NCBI RefSeq assembly: GCF_036626355.1
Contig: NZ_JAZKRY010000003.1
Span: forward strand, 415-64,414
Length of the DNA stretch: 64,000 nt
Origin: Halolamina sp.
GTDB lineage: Archaea > Halobacteriota > Halobacteria > Halobacteriales > Haloferacaceae
Direction of reading: 5' to 3'
The first letter of the stretch is position 1. The number at the start of each line of letters is the position of its first letter. Under the pieces are notes generated by a model. That model ran no database searches, was not told the origin of the DNA, and saw nothing but the letters and a program-made list of their open reading frames with translations. Shown here one piece after another: positions 47,518 to 57,564 of the stretch. The position numbers and the translations under genes were made by a program.

Positions 47518-50500
47518 ATGGACGAGGAGGTTCCGGACCAGTACGCGCCGCGGGAGATCGAGGAGGCGGTCGCAGACCACTGGGACGACCACAACGCCTA
47601 CGAGCGGACGAAAGACGCCCACGCCGACGACCCACCGTTCTTCTTCGTCGACGGCCCGCCCTACACTTCGGGTCAGATGCACCTGGGGACGGCCTGGAAC
47701 AAGACGCTGAAGGACTCGGTCGTTCGGCGCAAACGGATGGAGGGGTACAACGTCACCGACCGGCCGGGCTACGACATGCACGGCCTGCCCATCGAGACGA
47801 AAGTCGAGTCGGAACTCGGCTTCGACTCCAAACAGGAGATCGAGGAGTACGGGATGGAGGCGTTCATCGACGAGTGCAAACGGTTCGCGGTGGAGAACCG
47901 CGAGAAGATGGACGAGGACTTCCAGTCGCTGGGGGTCTGGATGGACTGGGAGAACCCGTATCAGACCATCTCGCCGGAGTATATCGAGGCCGCGTGGTGG
48001 GCGTTCGCCGAGGCCCACGAGAACGACCTCGTCGAGCAGGGCAAGCGCTCCATCACCCAGTGTCCCCGGTGTGAGACGGCCATCGCGAAAAACGAGGTCG
48101 AGTACCACCAGGTCGAGGACCCCTCCGTCTACGTGAAGTTCCCGCTGAAGGACCACGAAGGAAGCCTGGTTATCTGGACGACGACGCCGTGGACCATTCC
48201 GGCGAACACGTTCGTCGCCGTCGACGAGGCGGCCACGTATCAGCGGCTCCGCGCCGAAGGCGACGGCGAGAGCGAGGTGCTCTATCTCGCTGAGGAGTGC
48301 GTCGAGGAGGTGCTCTCGAAGGCGGGCTACGACGACTACGAGGTGCTCGAGGAGTACGACGGCGCCGACCTCGTCGGCTGGCAGTACGAGCACCCACTGG
48401 CCGAGGAGGTGCCCGACCACCCCTCCTTCGTCGGCGCCGGCCAGGTTTACCACGCCGACTACGTCGAACTCGACCGCACCGGACTGGTCCACTCCGCCCC
48501 CGGCCACGGGCAGGAGGACTTCGAGCGGGGCGACGAACTCGGCCTCGACATCTTCTGTCCGGTCGGCGGCGACGGCGTCTTCGACGAGCGCGCCGGCGAG
48601 TACGCCGGTCAGTTCGTCCGCGACGCCAACGAGGACATCATCGACGACCTGGCGTCCAGCGGCTCTCTGCTCGCTGGCGAGACGTACACCCACGAGTACG
48701 GGCAGTGCTGGCGGTGTGACACGGATATCATCTTCCTCGCCACCAATCAGTGGTTCATCACCGTCACCGACGTGAAAGACGAACTGCTCGAGAACATCGA
48801 GGACAGCGAGTGGCATCCGCCGGAGGCCCGAGACAGTCGCTTCAGGAACTTCGTCGAGGATTCGCCGGACTGGAACGTCTCCCGGCAGCGATACTGGGGC
48901 ATCCCCATCCCGATCTGGACGCCCGAAGGCTGGGTGCCCGAGGAGGGAGACCCCGATGATCTCGTCGTCATCAGTACGCGTGAGGAACTGGTCGAGCGAG
49001 CCGACCAGGACGTCGACGTCGAGGAACTCGACCTCCACCGGCCGACCGTCGACGACCTGACTATCACCGAAGAGGGCGTGACCCATAGGCGCGTCCCTGA
49101 CGTGTTCGACGTCTGGCTGGACTCCTCGGTCGCTTCCTGGGGAACGCTCGACTACCCCAGCAACGAGGCGGATTTCGAGGAGTTCTGGCCCGCCGACGTC
49201 ATCGTCGAGGCCCACGACCAGACTCGTGGCTGGTTCTGGTCACAGCTCGGGATGGGCACCGCCGCGCTGGACCGCATCCCATACAAGGAGGTAGTGATGC
49301 ACGGCTTCGCGCTGGACAGCGACGGCCGGAAGATGTCCAAGAGTCTGGGCAACATCATCACCCCGCACGAAGCCATCGAGGAGGTCGGTCGGGACCCGCT
49401 CCGGGCGTATCTGCTCAGCCACGACCAACATGGGGCGGATCTGCGTTTCGAGTGGGACGGACTCGAGGAGATGCAGTCGACGCTCAACATCCTCTGGAAC
49501 GTGTTCCGGTTCCCGCTACCGTACATGGAGCTGGACGACTACGACCCCGGTGAGGCTGACCTCGGCAACGTTCGCCGGGATCGCTCCGAGCACGACGAGC
49601 CAGTCGGGGCCGGAGGCTCCGGCGTTGGCGAGCTCAGCGTCGTGGACGAATGGGTTCTCTCGCGGCTCCAGACGGTGACGGCCGAAACCGAGGAGGCCTG
49701 GGACGAGTACGCGGTCCACGACGGGCTCAACGTCCTGCTCGATTTCGTCACGGAGGACGTCTCCCGGTTCTACATCAAGGCCATCCGCGAGCGAATGTGG
49801 GAGGAGAGCGACTCCGCGAGCAAGCGCGGCGCTTACGCTGCGCTCTCGACGGTTCTCGACGAAGTCGTTCGCCTCATCGCGCCGTACACGCCGTACCTCG
49901 CCGAGCTGATGTACGAGACCCTCGACGGTGAGGCAGCCACGGTCCACATGCTGGAGGCGCCGACGCCGGACGAGGCGCTCCGCGACCCCGAACTCGAGCG
50001 CAACATGACCGTCCTCCGGGACGCCGAAGAGGCCGCCGCGAACGCACGCCAGCAGGGCGGGCGGAAGCTGCGGTGGCCAGTTCAGGAGGTCGTCATCGAA
50101 ACCGCGGATGAGGAGGTCGCCGAGGCGATGGTCTCGCTCGAGGAGCTGTTCCTCGAGCGCGTGAACGCCCAGCGCCTCGTCGTCACGGAGCGCTACGGGG
50201 AACTGGTCGAGGTGGCCGAACCGCAAATGAGTGTTATCGGTCCCGCCTTCGGCGGCGACGCCCAGGACGTGATGGCCGCCGTTCGGGGCAAGCGCCGCGA
50301 GGACGTCGAAAACGGCGTCGAAGTCGACGACGAGACGGTGGAACTCGACGACGAGATGGTGGAGTACCATGCGAAACCGCCGGAGAACGTCTCCGCTGCG
50401 GAGTTCGACGGCGGGACGGTGTACGTAAACACCGAGCTCACCGAGGCGATCGAGCGCGAGGGGTACGCTCGCGACCTGATCCGGCGTATCCAGGAGACAC

Positions 50501-50727
50501 GAAAGCGTCTGGATCTCGACGTCGAGGAGGAGATTCGCGTCGCCGTCGACGCCGAGGACGACCGAGTCGCCGGCTTCTTCCAGGACAAGCGCGACCTGGT
50601 CGCAGATGAGGTTCGTGCAGCCGCGTTCGTTGACGTCGACGACATCGACACTGACAGTGGGCTGGTCGAGGAGTGGCAGATCGAGGGCGTGACGGTCACG
50701 ATCGGCGTCGAACCCGTCGACGACTAA
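47518..50727 (+). CDS. ileS: Isoleucyl-tRNA synthetase
   Basis: DGPPYTSGQMHLGT (HIGH), GYDMHGLPIE, WTTTPWT, TGLVH.APGHG, SRQRYWGIPIP, DQTRGWF, KMSKS. Confidence 0.97.
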   Translation: MDEEVPDQYAPREIEEAVADHWDDHNAYERTKDAHADDPPFFFVDGPPYTSGQMHLGTAWNKTLKDSVVRRKRMEGYNVTDRPGYDMHGLPIETKVESELGFDSKQEIEEYGMEAFIDECKRFAVENREKMDEDFQSLGVWMDWENPYQTISPEYIEAAWWAFAEAHENDLVEQGKRSITQCPRCETAIAKNEVEYHQVEDPSVYVKFPLKDHEGSLVIWTTTPWTIPANTFVAVDEAATYQRLRAEGDGESEVLYLAEECVEEVLSKAGYDDYEVLEEYDGADLVGWQYEHPLAEEVPDHPSFVGAGQVYHADYVELDRTGLVHSAPGHGQEDFERGDELGLDIFCPVGGDGVFDERAGEYAGQFVRDANEDIIDDLASSGSLLAGETYTHEYGQCWRCDTDIIFLATNQWFITVTDVKDELLENIEDSEWHPPEARDSRFRNFVEDSPDWNVSRQRYWGIPIPIWTPEGWVPEEGDPDDLVVISTREELVERADQDVDVEELDLHRPTVDDLTITEEGVTHRRVPDVFDVWLDSSVASWGTLDYPSNEADFEEFWPADVIVEAHDQTRGWFWSQLGMGTAALDRIPYKEVVMHGFALDSDGRKMSKSLGNIITPHEAIEEVGRDPLRAYLLSHDQHGADLRFEWDGLEEMQSTLNILWNVFRFPLPYMELDDYDPGEADLGNVRRDRSEHDEPVGAGGSGVGELSVVDEWVLSRLQTVTAETEEAWDEYAVHDGLNVLLDFVTEDVSRFYIKAIRERMWEESDSASKRGAYAALSTVLDEVVRLIAPYTPYLAELMYETLDGEAATVHMLEAPTPDEALRDPELERNMTVLRDAEEAAANARQQGGRKLRWPVQEVVIETADEEVAEAMVSLEELFLERVNAQRLVVTERYGELVEVAEPQMSVIGPAFGGDAQDVMAAVRGKRREDVENGVEVDDETVELDDEMVEYHAKPPENVSAAEFDGGTVYVNTELTEAIEREGYARDLIRRIQETRKRLDLDVEEEIRVAVDAEDDRVAGFFQDKRDLVADEVRAAAFVDVDDIDTDSGLVEEWQIEGVTVTIGVEPVDD

Positions 50728-50897
50728 CAGCCAACTAGCCACGACGAACCTTTTTCTCGGATAACGGGACCAGCCAACCGTGTGATCTGAGAGTCACGGC
50801 GCGACGAACACGGCGAGGACCTCCGGAGCCCGTCGCGCCGACCCCACTACTCCGGTTGTTCGCCAGCCGTCGACTCTGGCATCAGGGCCTCCCTCAT

Positions 50898-51626
50898 TTA
50901 TTCGGGAGTCGCCACCAGCAGGTAGTAGCCGCCGGCCTCCACCTCCCGCGCCTCCTCCACGGCGAACCCTGCGTCGGCGACGAGCCTCTCCCAGTAGTCG
51001 AGTGGGTCCGCCGCCGAGTCGTGCGGAATCGGGAGCTCCAGCACCCCGAGGGTTCCGTCGGGCTGGAGCACGCGCCGGGCCTCCAGGAGCGCCGACTCAG
51101 CGGCCGCTCGCGGGAGGTCGTGGAGCACGCGACAGGCAGTGACGACGTCCTGGCTCCCGCTGGCGAGAGGGAGCCTCGCCGCGTCCCCCGCGACCACCCC
51201 GGCGTCGAGTCCCGCCTCTGCAGCGTTCCGCCGTGCCAGCGTCGGGCCGTTTCCGAGGATGACCCGGTCGTCGAACACGTCGAGGCCGAGGAGCCGGCAG
51301 CGCTCTGGCACCGCCGGAGCGAGGCCGACCAGCGAGCGACCGGTGCCACAGCCGACATCCAGGGCCTGCTCGGCCTCCGCGTACGGCATCGCCTCGCGGA
51401 GCGCTCGGTATTTCCAGTCGTCGGGCTGCCAGGGCGGCGGCGAGAGCAGCCGGTCCAGCGGGCCGCGACCGCGCTTGGCACCCGCAGCGACGAGAGTGAG
51501 CGCTGTTGCTTTCGCGAGCGCCCCGTCCCGCCGTCCCACAACGAGTCCGGCGATGACGAGCGCCACAGCACCGAGCAGTCGACGACCCCGGCGTCGCCAG
51601 TGATAGATGCCGAAGTAGTAGGCCAT
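50898..51626 (-). CDS. Class I SAM-dependent methyltransferase with N-terminal membrane segment
   Basis: LDVGCGTG, GDAARLP, RRVLQPDG. Confidence 0.88.
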   Translation of the reverse strand: MAYYFGIYHWRRRGRRLLGAVALVIAGLVVGRRDGALAKATALTLVAAGAKRGRGPLDRLLSPPPWQPDDWKYRALREAMPYAEAEQALDVGCGTGRSLVGLAPAVPERCRLLGLDVFDDRVILGNGPTLARRNAAEAGLDAGVVAGDAARLPLASGSQDVVTACRVLHDLPRAAAESALLEARRVLQPDGTLGVLELPIPHDSAADPLDYWERLVADAGFAVEEAREVEAGGYYLLVATPE

Positions 51627-51683
51627 ACGGGGTGCATCGGCGACGACGCTCTTCAGCCTCGGGGAGCTGGCAGGCCCGCGTGC

Positions 51684-52895
51684 TCAGCCGATCATATCGC
51701 TATCGGCCGGGCCGGCCGCGCTGAACTCGGCGACCAGGTCGTCGAGCCGGTTCGGCTCGCCAGCACCGGGGAGTTCGTAGTCAGCCGTTCGACCGGACTC
51801 GTCGATACCGAGCCGCTGGCAGAGTCGATCTGTGGCAGCTTCGGCCATCTGGCGGTATGTCGTCAGCTTCCCCCCCACGACGCTGTACAGTTCTTGCGCG
51901 CCGGCGTGGTCGACGATGGCGAAATCGCGGGAGATTCCACGGCTCCCGCGGTCCACCTCGTCGGGTTCGTAGAGCGGCCGGAGGCCCCAGTAGGTGCGCT
52001 CGACGGTCGCGTCGGTGAGGGCCGGCACCATCTCGGCGCACTCTTGGAGCGTTCGCGCGACCTCCCAGTCGGCTCGCTCGAACTCGTCCGGGTTGGCAAC
52101 GGCGACGCTCGTCGTGCCGAGCACGGCCTGATTGCCGTGCGGAACGACTATATCTCCGTCAGCGGGTGGCCGGCAGCGGTTCAGCACCGGACCGATTCCG
52201 GTGTAGTCGACGCTGACCATCACGCCCCGGGTGGGTCGCATCTCCAGTTCAGCGCCCGCCAACGCGGCCACTTTGCCAGCCCACGGCCCCGCGGCGTTGA
52301 CAGCCGCGTTCGCCTCGATGCACCGGTCGCTCTCGCCGCCGACGTGAACGGTTACCCCCTCGCTACCAGCGTCGATAGCCGTCACTGGGCTCCTTGTAGA
52401 TATCTCAGCACCGTGCTCACAGGCACTGGCCGCTGTCGCGGCGACGAGTCTTGAGGGGTAGACGACACCGTCGGGAACTGCGATGCCGCGAGCGATATTC
52501 TCGCTCACGTCGGGGACCCGCTCGCGGACAGCTGCTCCACCGAGGGTCTCGGCGTCGATGCCAACCTCCCGGCAGGCCTCGACCTTCCGGTCGAAGTACG
52601 CAGAATCGTCGTCCTCGAGTTGGAGGAACAGCCCACCGGTATCGGCCACACATCCCTCGGCGATTTCTCGGAGGATACGGTTCTCGCGCCCACAGTCGGC
52701 AGCGCCCTCGGGGTCGGATTCGGCGTAGCGGGCGCCGCTGTGAAGCACGCCGTGGGAGCGCCCAGACGTGCCGGCGTTGAGCCCCTCGCCGCGCTCAAGC
52801 AGCGTCACGTCGACGCCCCGCATCGCGAGGTCGCGCGCGATGCCGACGCCGGTGGCGCCGCCGCCGATAACGACAACCGCCGTCTCGATGCTCAT
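51684..52895 (-). CDS. FAD-dependent oxidoreductase, glycerol-3-phosphate dehydrogenase subunit A-like (short)
   Basis: VIGGGATG, GTSGRSHGVLHSGARY, NAAGPWA, GGKLTTYR.MAE; no C-terminal 2Fe-2S region. Confidence 0.85.
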   Translation of the reverse strand: MSIETAVVVIGGGATGVGIARDLAMRGVDVTLLERGEGLNAGTSGRSHGVLHSGARYAESDPEGAADCGRENRILREIAEGCVADTGGLFLQLEDDDSAYFDRKVEACREVGIDAETLGGAAVRERVPDVSENIARGIAVPDGVVYPSRLVAATAASACEHGAEISTRSPVTAIDAGSEGVTVHVGGESDRCIEANAAVNAAGPWAGKVAALAGAELEMRPTRGVMVSVDYTGIGPVLNRCRPPADGDIVVPHGNQAVLGTTSVAVANPDEFERADWEVARTLQECAEMVPALTDATVERTYWGLRPLYEPDEVDRGSRGISRDFAIVDHAGAQELYSVVGGKLTTYRQMAEAATDRLCQRLGIDESGRTADYELPGAGEPNRLDDLVAEFSAAGPADSDMIG

Positions 52896-52979
52896 TATTT
52901 CGGCGGTGGGGAGGGGCCGACTTGAGCGTTCCTCGTCCGCGACCGAAAGACCCGACCCGTCGGCGCCCGGAGTCGTATT

Positions 52980-53651
52980 ATGCACGTCCACGTGAACGCT
53001 GCCGAGAGCGTCGACGGGAAGCTCTCGACCCGCGAGCGCGAGCAGGTGGCCATCTCCGGTCCCATGGATTTCGACCGGATGGACGCGCTCCGCGCTGAGT
53101 CCGACGGGATCCTCGTCGGCGTCGGGACCGTCCTCGCTGACGATCCCAGTTTGACGATCAAAGATGGGGCACGGCGCGAGCGCCGCGTGGAGAACGGATG
53201 CGACCCGAACCCGGCTCGCGTCGTCGCCGACTCGCGGGCGCGGACGCCGACGGATGCCGCGGTGCTCGACGACGACGCGACCACGTATCTGCTGGTGAGC
53301 GAGGCGGCGAACGACGCCGCTATCGATGCACTGGACACTGCTGGCGGGACCGTCATCGTCGCCGGGACGGAGCGGGTCGACCTCCGCGCGGGGTTGGACC
53401 GACTCGCCGGACTCAGCATGCAGCGGCTGCTGGTCGAGGGCGGCGGCGAACTCATCTTCTCGCTGTTCGAGGCCGGGCTGGTCGACCGGCTCACCGTGTT
53501 CGTCGGCTCCGTCGTTATCGGCGGTCGGGACGCCCCGACGCTCGCCGACGGGACGGGGTTCACGGACACGGACGCGTTCCCGGAGCTCTCGCTCGAGGAC
53601 GTGGACCGACTCGACGAGGGCGTGGTTCTTCGCTACGACGTCGAGGAGTAA
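52980..53651 (+). CDS. arfC: 2,5-diamino-6-(ribosylamino)-4(3H)-pyrimidinone 5'-phosphate reductase (archaeal riboflavin pathway)
   Basis: AESVDGKL, LVGVGTVLADDPSL, LLVEGGGEL, GGRDAPTL; stand-alone RibD_C domain. Confidence 0.88.
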   Translation: MHVHVNAAESVDGKLSTREREQVAISGPMDFDRMDALRAESDGILVGVGTVLADDPSLTIKDGARRERRVENGCDPNPARVVADSRARTPTDAAVLDDDATTYLLVSEAANDAAIDALDTAGGTVIVAGTERVDLRAGLDRLAGLSMQRLLVEGGGELIFSLFEAGLVDRLTVFVGSVVIGGRDAPTLADGTGFTDTDAFPELSLEDVDRLDEGVVLRYDVEE

Positions 53652-53759
53652 TACTGCCGGACAGAAGTCAGTACAGAGTTGCGCACCAACCTTTAACCAT
53701 CACACCAGGTGACGGCCGATCCACGGCGAGCGATAGTTGCATCGTTCTGTCCGGCAGTA
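53652..53759. mobile_element. MITE copy 1 (108 bp including flanking TA)
   Basis: Terminal inverted repeats TACTGCCGGACAGAA...TTCTGTCCGGCAGTA; second copy at 61840-61947. Confidence 0.85.
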
Positions 53760-53783
53760 TAAGCCCTCTCCGTCGATGGCCAG

Positions 53784-54584
53784 TCAATCCGCCGCGTCGA
53801 AGGCGTCGACGAGTCGGTCGTGAGCCGCGCCGTTCGAGGCGATGAGTCCCACGGCGTGTGGCGTCCACCGGTCGCCGTGGATGTCGGTGACAGTACCACC
53901 GGCCTGGCGGACCAGATGGGCGCCGCCGACGAGGTCCCACGGATGGAGGGGGACCGCCGAAACGGCGGCTTCGAGTTCGCCCGCAGCCACTGCCGAGAGG
54001 GCGAGCTGCGCGCAGCCGAACCGGCGGTGGTCACCGAACTCCTCGGCGACGATTCCGACGTATTCGGATAGCATCCGGCGGTGGCGTGGGGAGAGTCCGA
54101 AGATTGGGTTGATGGTGAACTCCTCCGGCGCAGTCCGGTCGCTCACCGAACAGGACTCGCCGCTCCGCCTCGTTCCGCCGGCGGCGGCGACGTACGTGTC
54201 ACCGATCGCGGGGAACTCGTTAACAGCAGCGACCGGCTCGCCGTCATCGACGGCGGCGACGGCGACACCCCAGTTGCGGTTGCCACCGACGAAGTTGTTC
54301 GTGCCGTCGATGGGGTCGACCACCCAGGCGTCGCCCTCCTCGGGAACGGTCGTCCGGGTGTCGATGTTGGGGAGTGTTTCCTCGCCGACGATGACGGCGT
54401 CCGGCTTCTCCTCTCGTAGCAGCGTGGCGATTCGCCGCTGGACCTCGCGGTCGAACTCGGTGACGGAGTCGAGTGCGCTCGCCTTCGACTCGACGGTGAA
54501 CTCCCCGCGAAATCCGCCCATCGCGACCTCGGCCCCCGTGACTGCGGCCTCCCGGGCGACCGAGAGTCGCGTTTGTGTGTCCAT
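53784..54584 (-). CDS. Inositol monophosphatase family protein
   Basis: VTEFD, IVGEE, WVVDPIDGTNNF, WDLVGG..LVRQAGG. Confidence 0.93.
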   Translation of the reverse strand: MDTQTRLSVAREAAVTGAEVAMGGFRGEFTVESKASALDSVTEFDREVQRRIATLLREEKPDAVIVGEETLPNIDTRTTVPEEGDAWVVDPIDGTNNFVGGNRNWGVAVAAVDDGEPVAAVNEFPAIGDTYVAAAGGTRRSGESCSVSDRTAPEEFTINPIFGLSPRHRRMLSEYVGIVAEEFGDHRRFGCAQLALSAVAAGELEAAVSAVPLHPWDLVGGAHLVRQAGGTVTDIHGDRWTPHAVGLIASNGAAHDRLVDAFDAAD

Positions 54585-54679
54585 ATCGGTGAGTGGGTGG
54601 TCGAGGCTCAAGGGTAGTTCGATTGGCCGCAGGCTGTGGGAACTAACCCTTATTACCCATGGAGACCCAGATTCGCCTG

Positions 54680-55957
54680 ATGGACGTTGATACACACGCC
54701 GAGGAGCTCGCCTCCGCTCTCGGTGTTGACAAAGAGGAGGTCAAAGAGGACCTGGAGAACCTGCTCCAGTACAGCGTTCCGGTCGACGAGGCAAAACAGA
54801 GCATCCGCCGCAAACACGGCGGTGGTGGCGGCGGCGACGGCACTCCCGAATCGCTCGATGTGGCCGACCTCACGACCGAGCACGATAACGTCACCGTCAC
54901 CGTCCGGGTGCTGACGAAAGGGACTCGCTCCATCCGCTATCAGGGCGAGGACATCACCATCCGCGAGGGCGAGTTCGCCGACGAGACGGGGGCGGTTTCC
55001 TACACAGCCTGGCAGGAGTTCGGCTTCGAACCGGGCGATACCGTCACCGTCGGCAACGCCGGTGTACGCGAGTGGGAGGGGAGCCCCGAACTCAATCTCG
55101 GCGATAGCACCAGCGTCGCCCTGGAAAACGAGGAGCTCCCGGTTCCGTACGAGGTCGGCGGCGACCGCGACCTCATCGGTCTGGCAGCGGGCGACCGAGG
55201 TCGGAACATCGAGGCCCGGATCGTCGAGGTCGAGGACCGCGTAATCGATGGTCGCGATGGGGAAACCGAGATCCTCTCGGGGGTCATCGGCGACGAAACC
55301 GCGCGCCTGCCGTTCACCGACTGGGACCCGCACCCCGAAATCGAAGCGGGCGCGAGCGTCCGACTCGAGGACGTCTACGTTCGGGAGTATCGCGGCGCGC
55401 CATCGGTGAATATCTCGGCGTTCTCGACCGTCGAAGAACTCGACAGGGAAATCGTCGTCACCGACGATGCCCCGTCGATGAGCATCGGCGAGGCCGTCGC
55501 CGGCGGCGGTCTCTTCGACGTGGAGCTCACCGGGAGCGTCATCGAGGTCCGGGACGGCTCCGGCCTCATCGAGCGCTGTCCGGAGTGCAATCGCGCGATT
55601 CAGAACGGCGAATGCCGCTCCCACGGCAGCGTCGACGGCGAAGACGACCTGCGGACCAAAGCGATCCTCGACGACGGCACGGGCACCTGTACGGTGATTC
55701 TGGACCGAGAGATCACCGAGGAGATCTACGGCGGTGACCTCGACGACGCCCGTGAGGCCGCTCGCGAGGCGATGGACCGCGACGTCGTGGCCGACGCCAT
55801 CGCCGCCGAGTTGGAGGGCGGGGAGTACGGCGCCCGCGGCTCGCTTTCGGTCGACGAATACGGCGCCAACCTCAACGCCGACGAGTTCGCGCCCACGGAT
55901 GTCGATCCGGGCGAGCGAGCGCACGAACTCCTCGCGGAACTGGGGGTGGGCCCATGA
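54680..55957 (+). CDS. rpa1: Replication protein A (multi-OB-fold plus Zn finger; Rpa1 type)
   Basis: Repeated OB motifs (ADETG..YTAW, GDETARLPFTDW, LDDGTG), CPEC...CRSH zinc finger; operon with RPAP and a phosphoesterase as in the haloarchaeal rpa1 operon. Confidence 0.85.
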   Translation: MDVDTHAEELASALGVDKEEVKEDLENLLQYSVPVDEAKQSIRRKHGGGGGGDGTPESLDVADLTTEHDNVTVTVRVLTKGTRSIRYQGEDITIREGEFADETGAVSYTAWQEFGFEPGDTVTVGNAGVREWEGSPELNLGDSTSVALENEELPVPYEVGGDRDLIGLAAGDRGRNIEARIVEVEDRVIDGRDGETEILSGVIGDETARLPFTDWDPHPEIEAGASVRLEDVYVREYRGAPSVNISAFSTVEELDREIVVTDDAPSMSIGEAVAGGGLFDVELTGSVIEVRDGSGLIERCPECNRAIQNGECRSHGSVDGEDDLRTKAILDDGTGTCTVILDREITEEIYGGDLDDAREAAREAMDRDVVADAIAAELEGGEYGARGSLSVDEYGANLNADEFAPTDVDPGERAHELLAELGVGP

Positions 55958-57564
55958 GCGCCGACTCCGGGCCGGGCAACCGCGAGGTCGCCCGGCGGCT
56001 GTTCGCCGCGGAGTTCGACGACGCGACGCTGTCTTACTCCGAGAGCGACGAGGAGCGCGCGCCGAACTACGTCGTCACCCCGACGGGGGCGCGCGTTAAC
56101 CGTCTGTTCGCCGTTGGTGTGCTGACGGAGGTCGAGCAGGTCAACGAGGACAGCCTCCGCGGCCGCGTGGTAGATCCGACGGGCGCGTTCGTCACCTACG
56201 CCGGCCAGTATCAGCCCGACGAGCACGCGTTCCTGAGCCGGGCCGACCCGCCGATGTTCGTCGCGCTGGCTGGCAAAGCCCGGACGTTTGAACCCGAGGA
56301 CTCCGACCGGGTGTTCACCTCGGTCCGCCCCGAGAGCCTCAACGAAGTCGACGCCGAGGCGCGGGACCACGGGGTGGTCACCGCCGCCGGACGCACCCTC
56401 GACCGCATCGCCGTCTTCGCGGAGGCCCTCGGCGCCGACGTGCGCGGCGACGCGCTCCGGGAGGCGCTGGAACGCGAAGACGTCGACACGTCGCTCGCCG
56501 CGGGCATCCCGAAAGCGATCGAGCAGTACGAAACCGGGACGGCGTATCTCGAAGCCGTTCGGCGGCTCGCCGTCGAGGCGGTCGAACAGGTCGCCGGCGA
56601 GCGCGATGCCGTCCAGTCCCTCGAAACGATGCCAGGGGATTCGACCCCGACTGAACTCGGGCCGCTCCCTGAAACGGCGGTCTCGCTGGACGATGTCGAA
56701 CCAGTGAGCGAGGCTCCGGCTGCAGAACCGGCTGAGACAGCGGCGGCAGGCGAGGCAGCAGGAACTGAGAGCGCTGTGGGGACGGAAGCCGAACCTGCCG
56801 AAACTGCCGCCGTCGAACACCAGGCCGAAGCCCCAGAAGCCGAAGCCCAAGCCGAGTCCCCGGACGTCAAAGCGGAACCGAAGGCGACTGAACCAGTGTC
56901 CGAGACTGGGGCGGCTCCCACCGTGGAGCCCGAAGCCACCGAGTCCGACGCGGAGCCGCCCGAAGATGAATCCGCAGAATCGGCGGAATCAGACCTCTCG
57001 GAACCCGAGCCCCAGGAGTCCGTGGCCGAACCCGAGGAGCCGGCATCGGGCGACGAACTCGGCGATTTCGAGGGAGATTCGGTGCAGGAGACCGTCGAGA
57101 AAGAGACCGAGGAGCTCGGCGATTTCGACCCGTCCGAAACCGTGGACGACGAAACGGAGGCACTGACAGAGAGCGAGCGCAAGGAGGTCGAAGCGGAGTT
57201 CGGCACCGAGTTCGCGACCGGGAGCGAGGTCGGCGGCCCGGGCGAGGCGGGTATCGACGTGCCGACCTCCGAGGAGGAACTCGAGGAGCTCGAAGACGAA
57301 TCCCCCGGTGAAGAACCAGCGACCGAGGAAGCCGAGAGCGAGGAGGCCGCCGACAGCGAGGCAGCTGCCCTCGACCTCGAAACCATCGTCGTCGACACGA
57401 TGAGCGAACTGGACGAGGGCGATGGCGTGGCCCGCGAGGCGGTCGTTGCCGCCGTCGTCGACGAGCACGGTGTCGAGGCCGACACCGTCGAGGACGCGAT
57501 CCAGGACGCGATGATGAGCGGGAAATGCTACGAGCCCGGTGAGGGGACGCTGAAGGCCATCTGA
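55954..57564 (+). CDS. rpap1: RPA-associated protein (Rpap1) with long acidic linker and C-terminal wHTH
   Basis: REVARRLFAAEF...ERAPNYVVTPTGARVNRLF OB fold; acidic linker; C-terminal GKCYEP. Confidence 0.85.
   Translation: MSADSGPGNREVARRLFAAEFDDATLSYSESDEERAPNYVVTPTGARVNRLFAVGVLTEVEQVNEDSLRGRVVDPTGAFVTYAGQYQPDEHAFLSRADPPMFVALAGKARTFEPEDSDRVFTSVRPESLNEVDAEARDHGVVTAAGRTLDRIAVFAEALGADVRGDALREALEREDVDTSLAAGIPKAIEQYETGTAYLEAVRRLAVEAVEQVAGERDAVQSLETMPGDSTPTELGPLPETAVSLDDVEPVSEAPAAEPAETAAAGEAAGTESAVGTEAEPAETAAVEHQAEAPEAEAQAESPDVKAEPKATEPVSETGAAPTVEPEATESDAEPPEDESAESAESDLSEPEPQESVAEPEEPASGDELGDFEGDSVQETVEKETEELGDFDPSETVDDETEALTESERKEVEAEFGTEFATGSEVGGPGEAGIDVPTSEEELEELEDESPGEEPATEEAESEEAADSEAAALDLETIVVDTMSELDEGDGVAREAVVAAVVDEHGVEADTVEDAIQDAMMSGKCYEPGEGTLKAI

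Noticed and set aside
46897-49215. 772-aa minus-strand ORF, and other long antisense ORFs such as 23353-25716, 30283-32319, 16749-18392 and 50856-52454
   Set aside because: These are shadow ORFs opposite real genes, caused by high-GC codon bias. Only the last 171 codons of 46897-49215 form a real lipoprotein gene.
56700-57370. Quasi-repetitive acidic stretch (AEPAETAA twice; ELGDF twice) in rpap1
   Set aside because: This is an ordinary low-complexity linker for this protein family, with no distinct DNA element.
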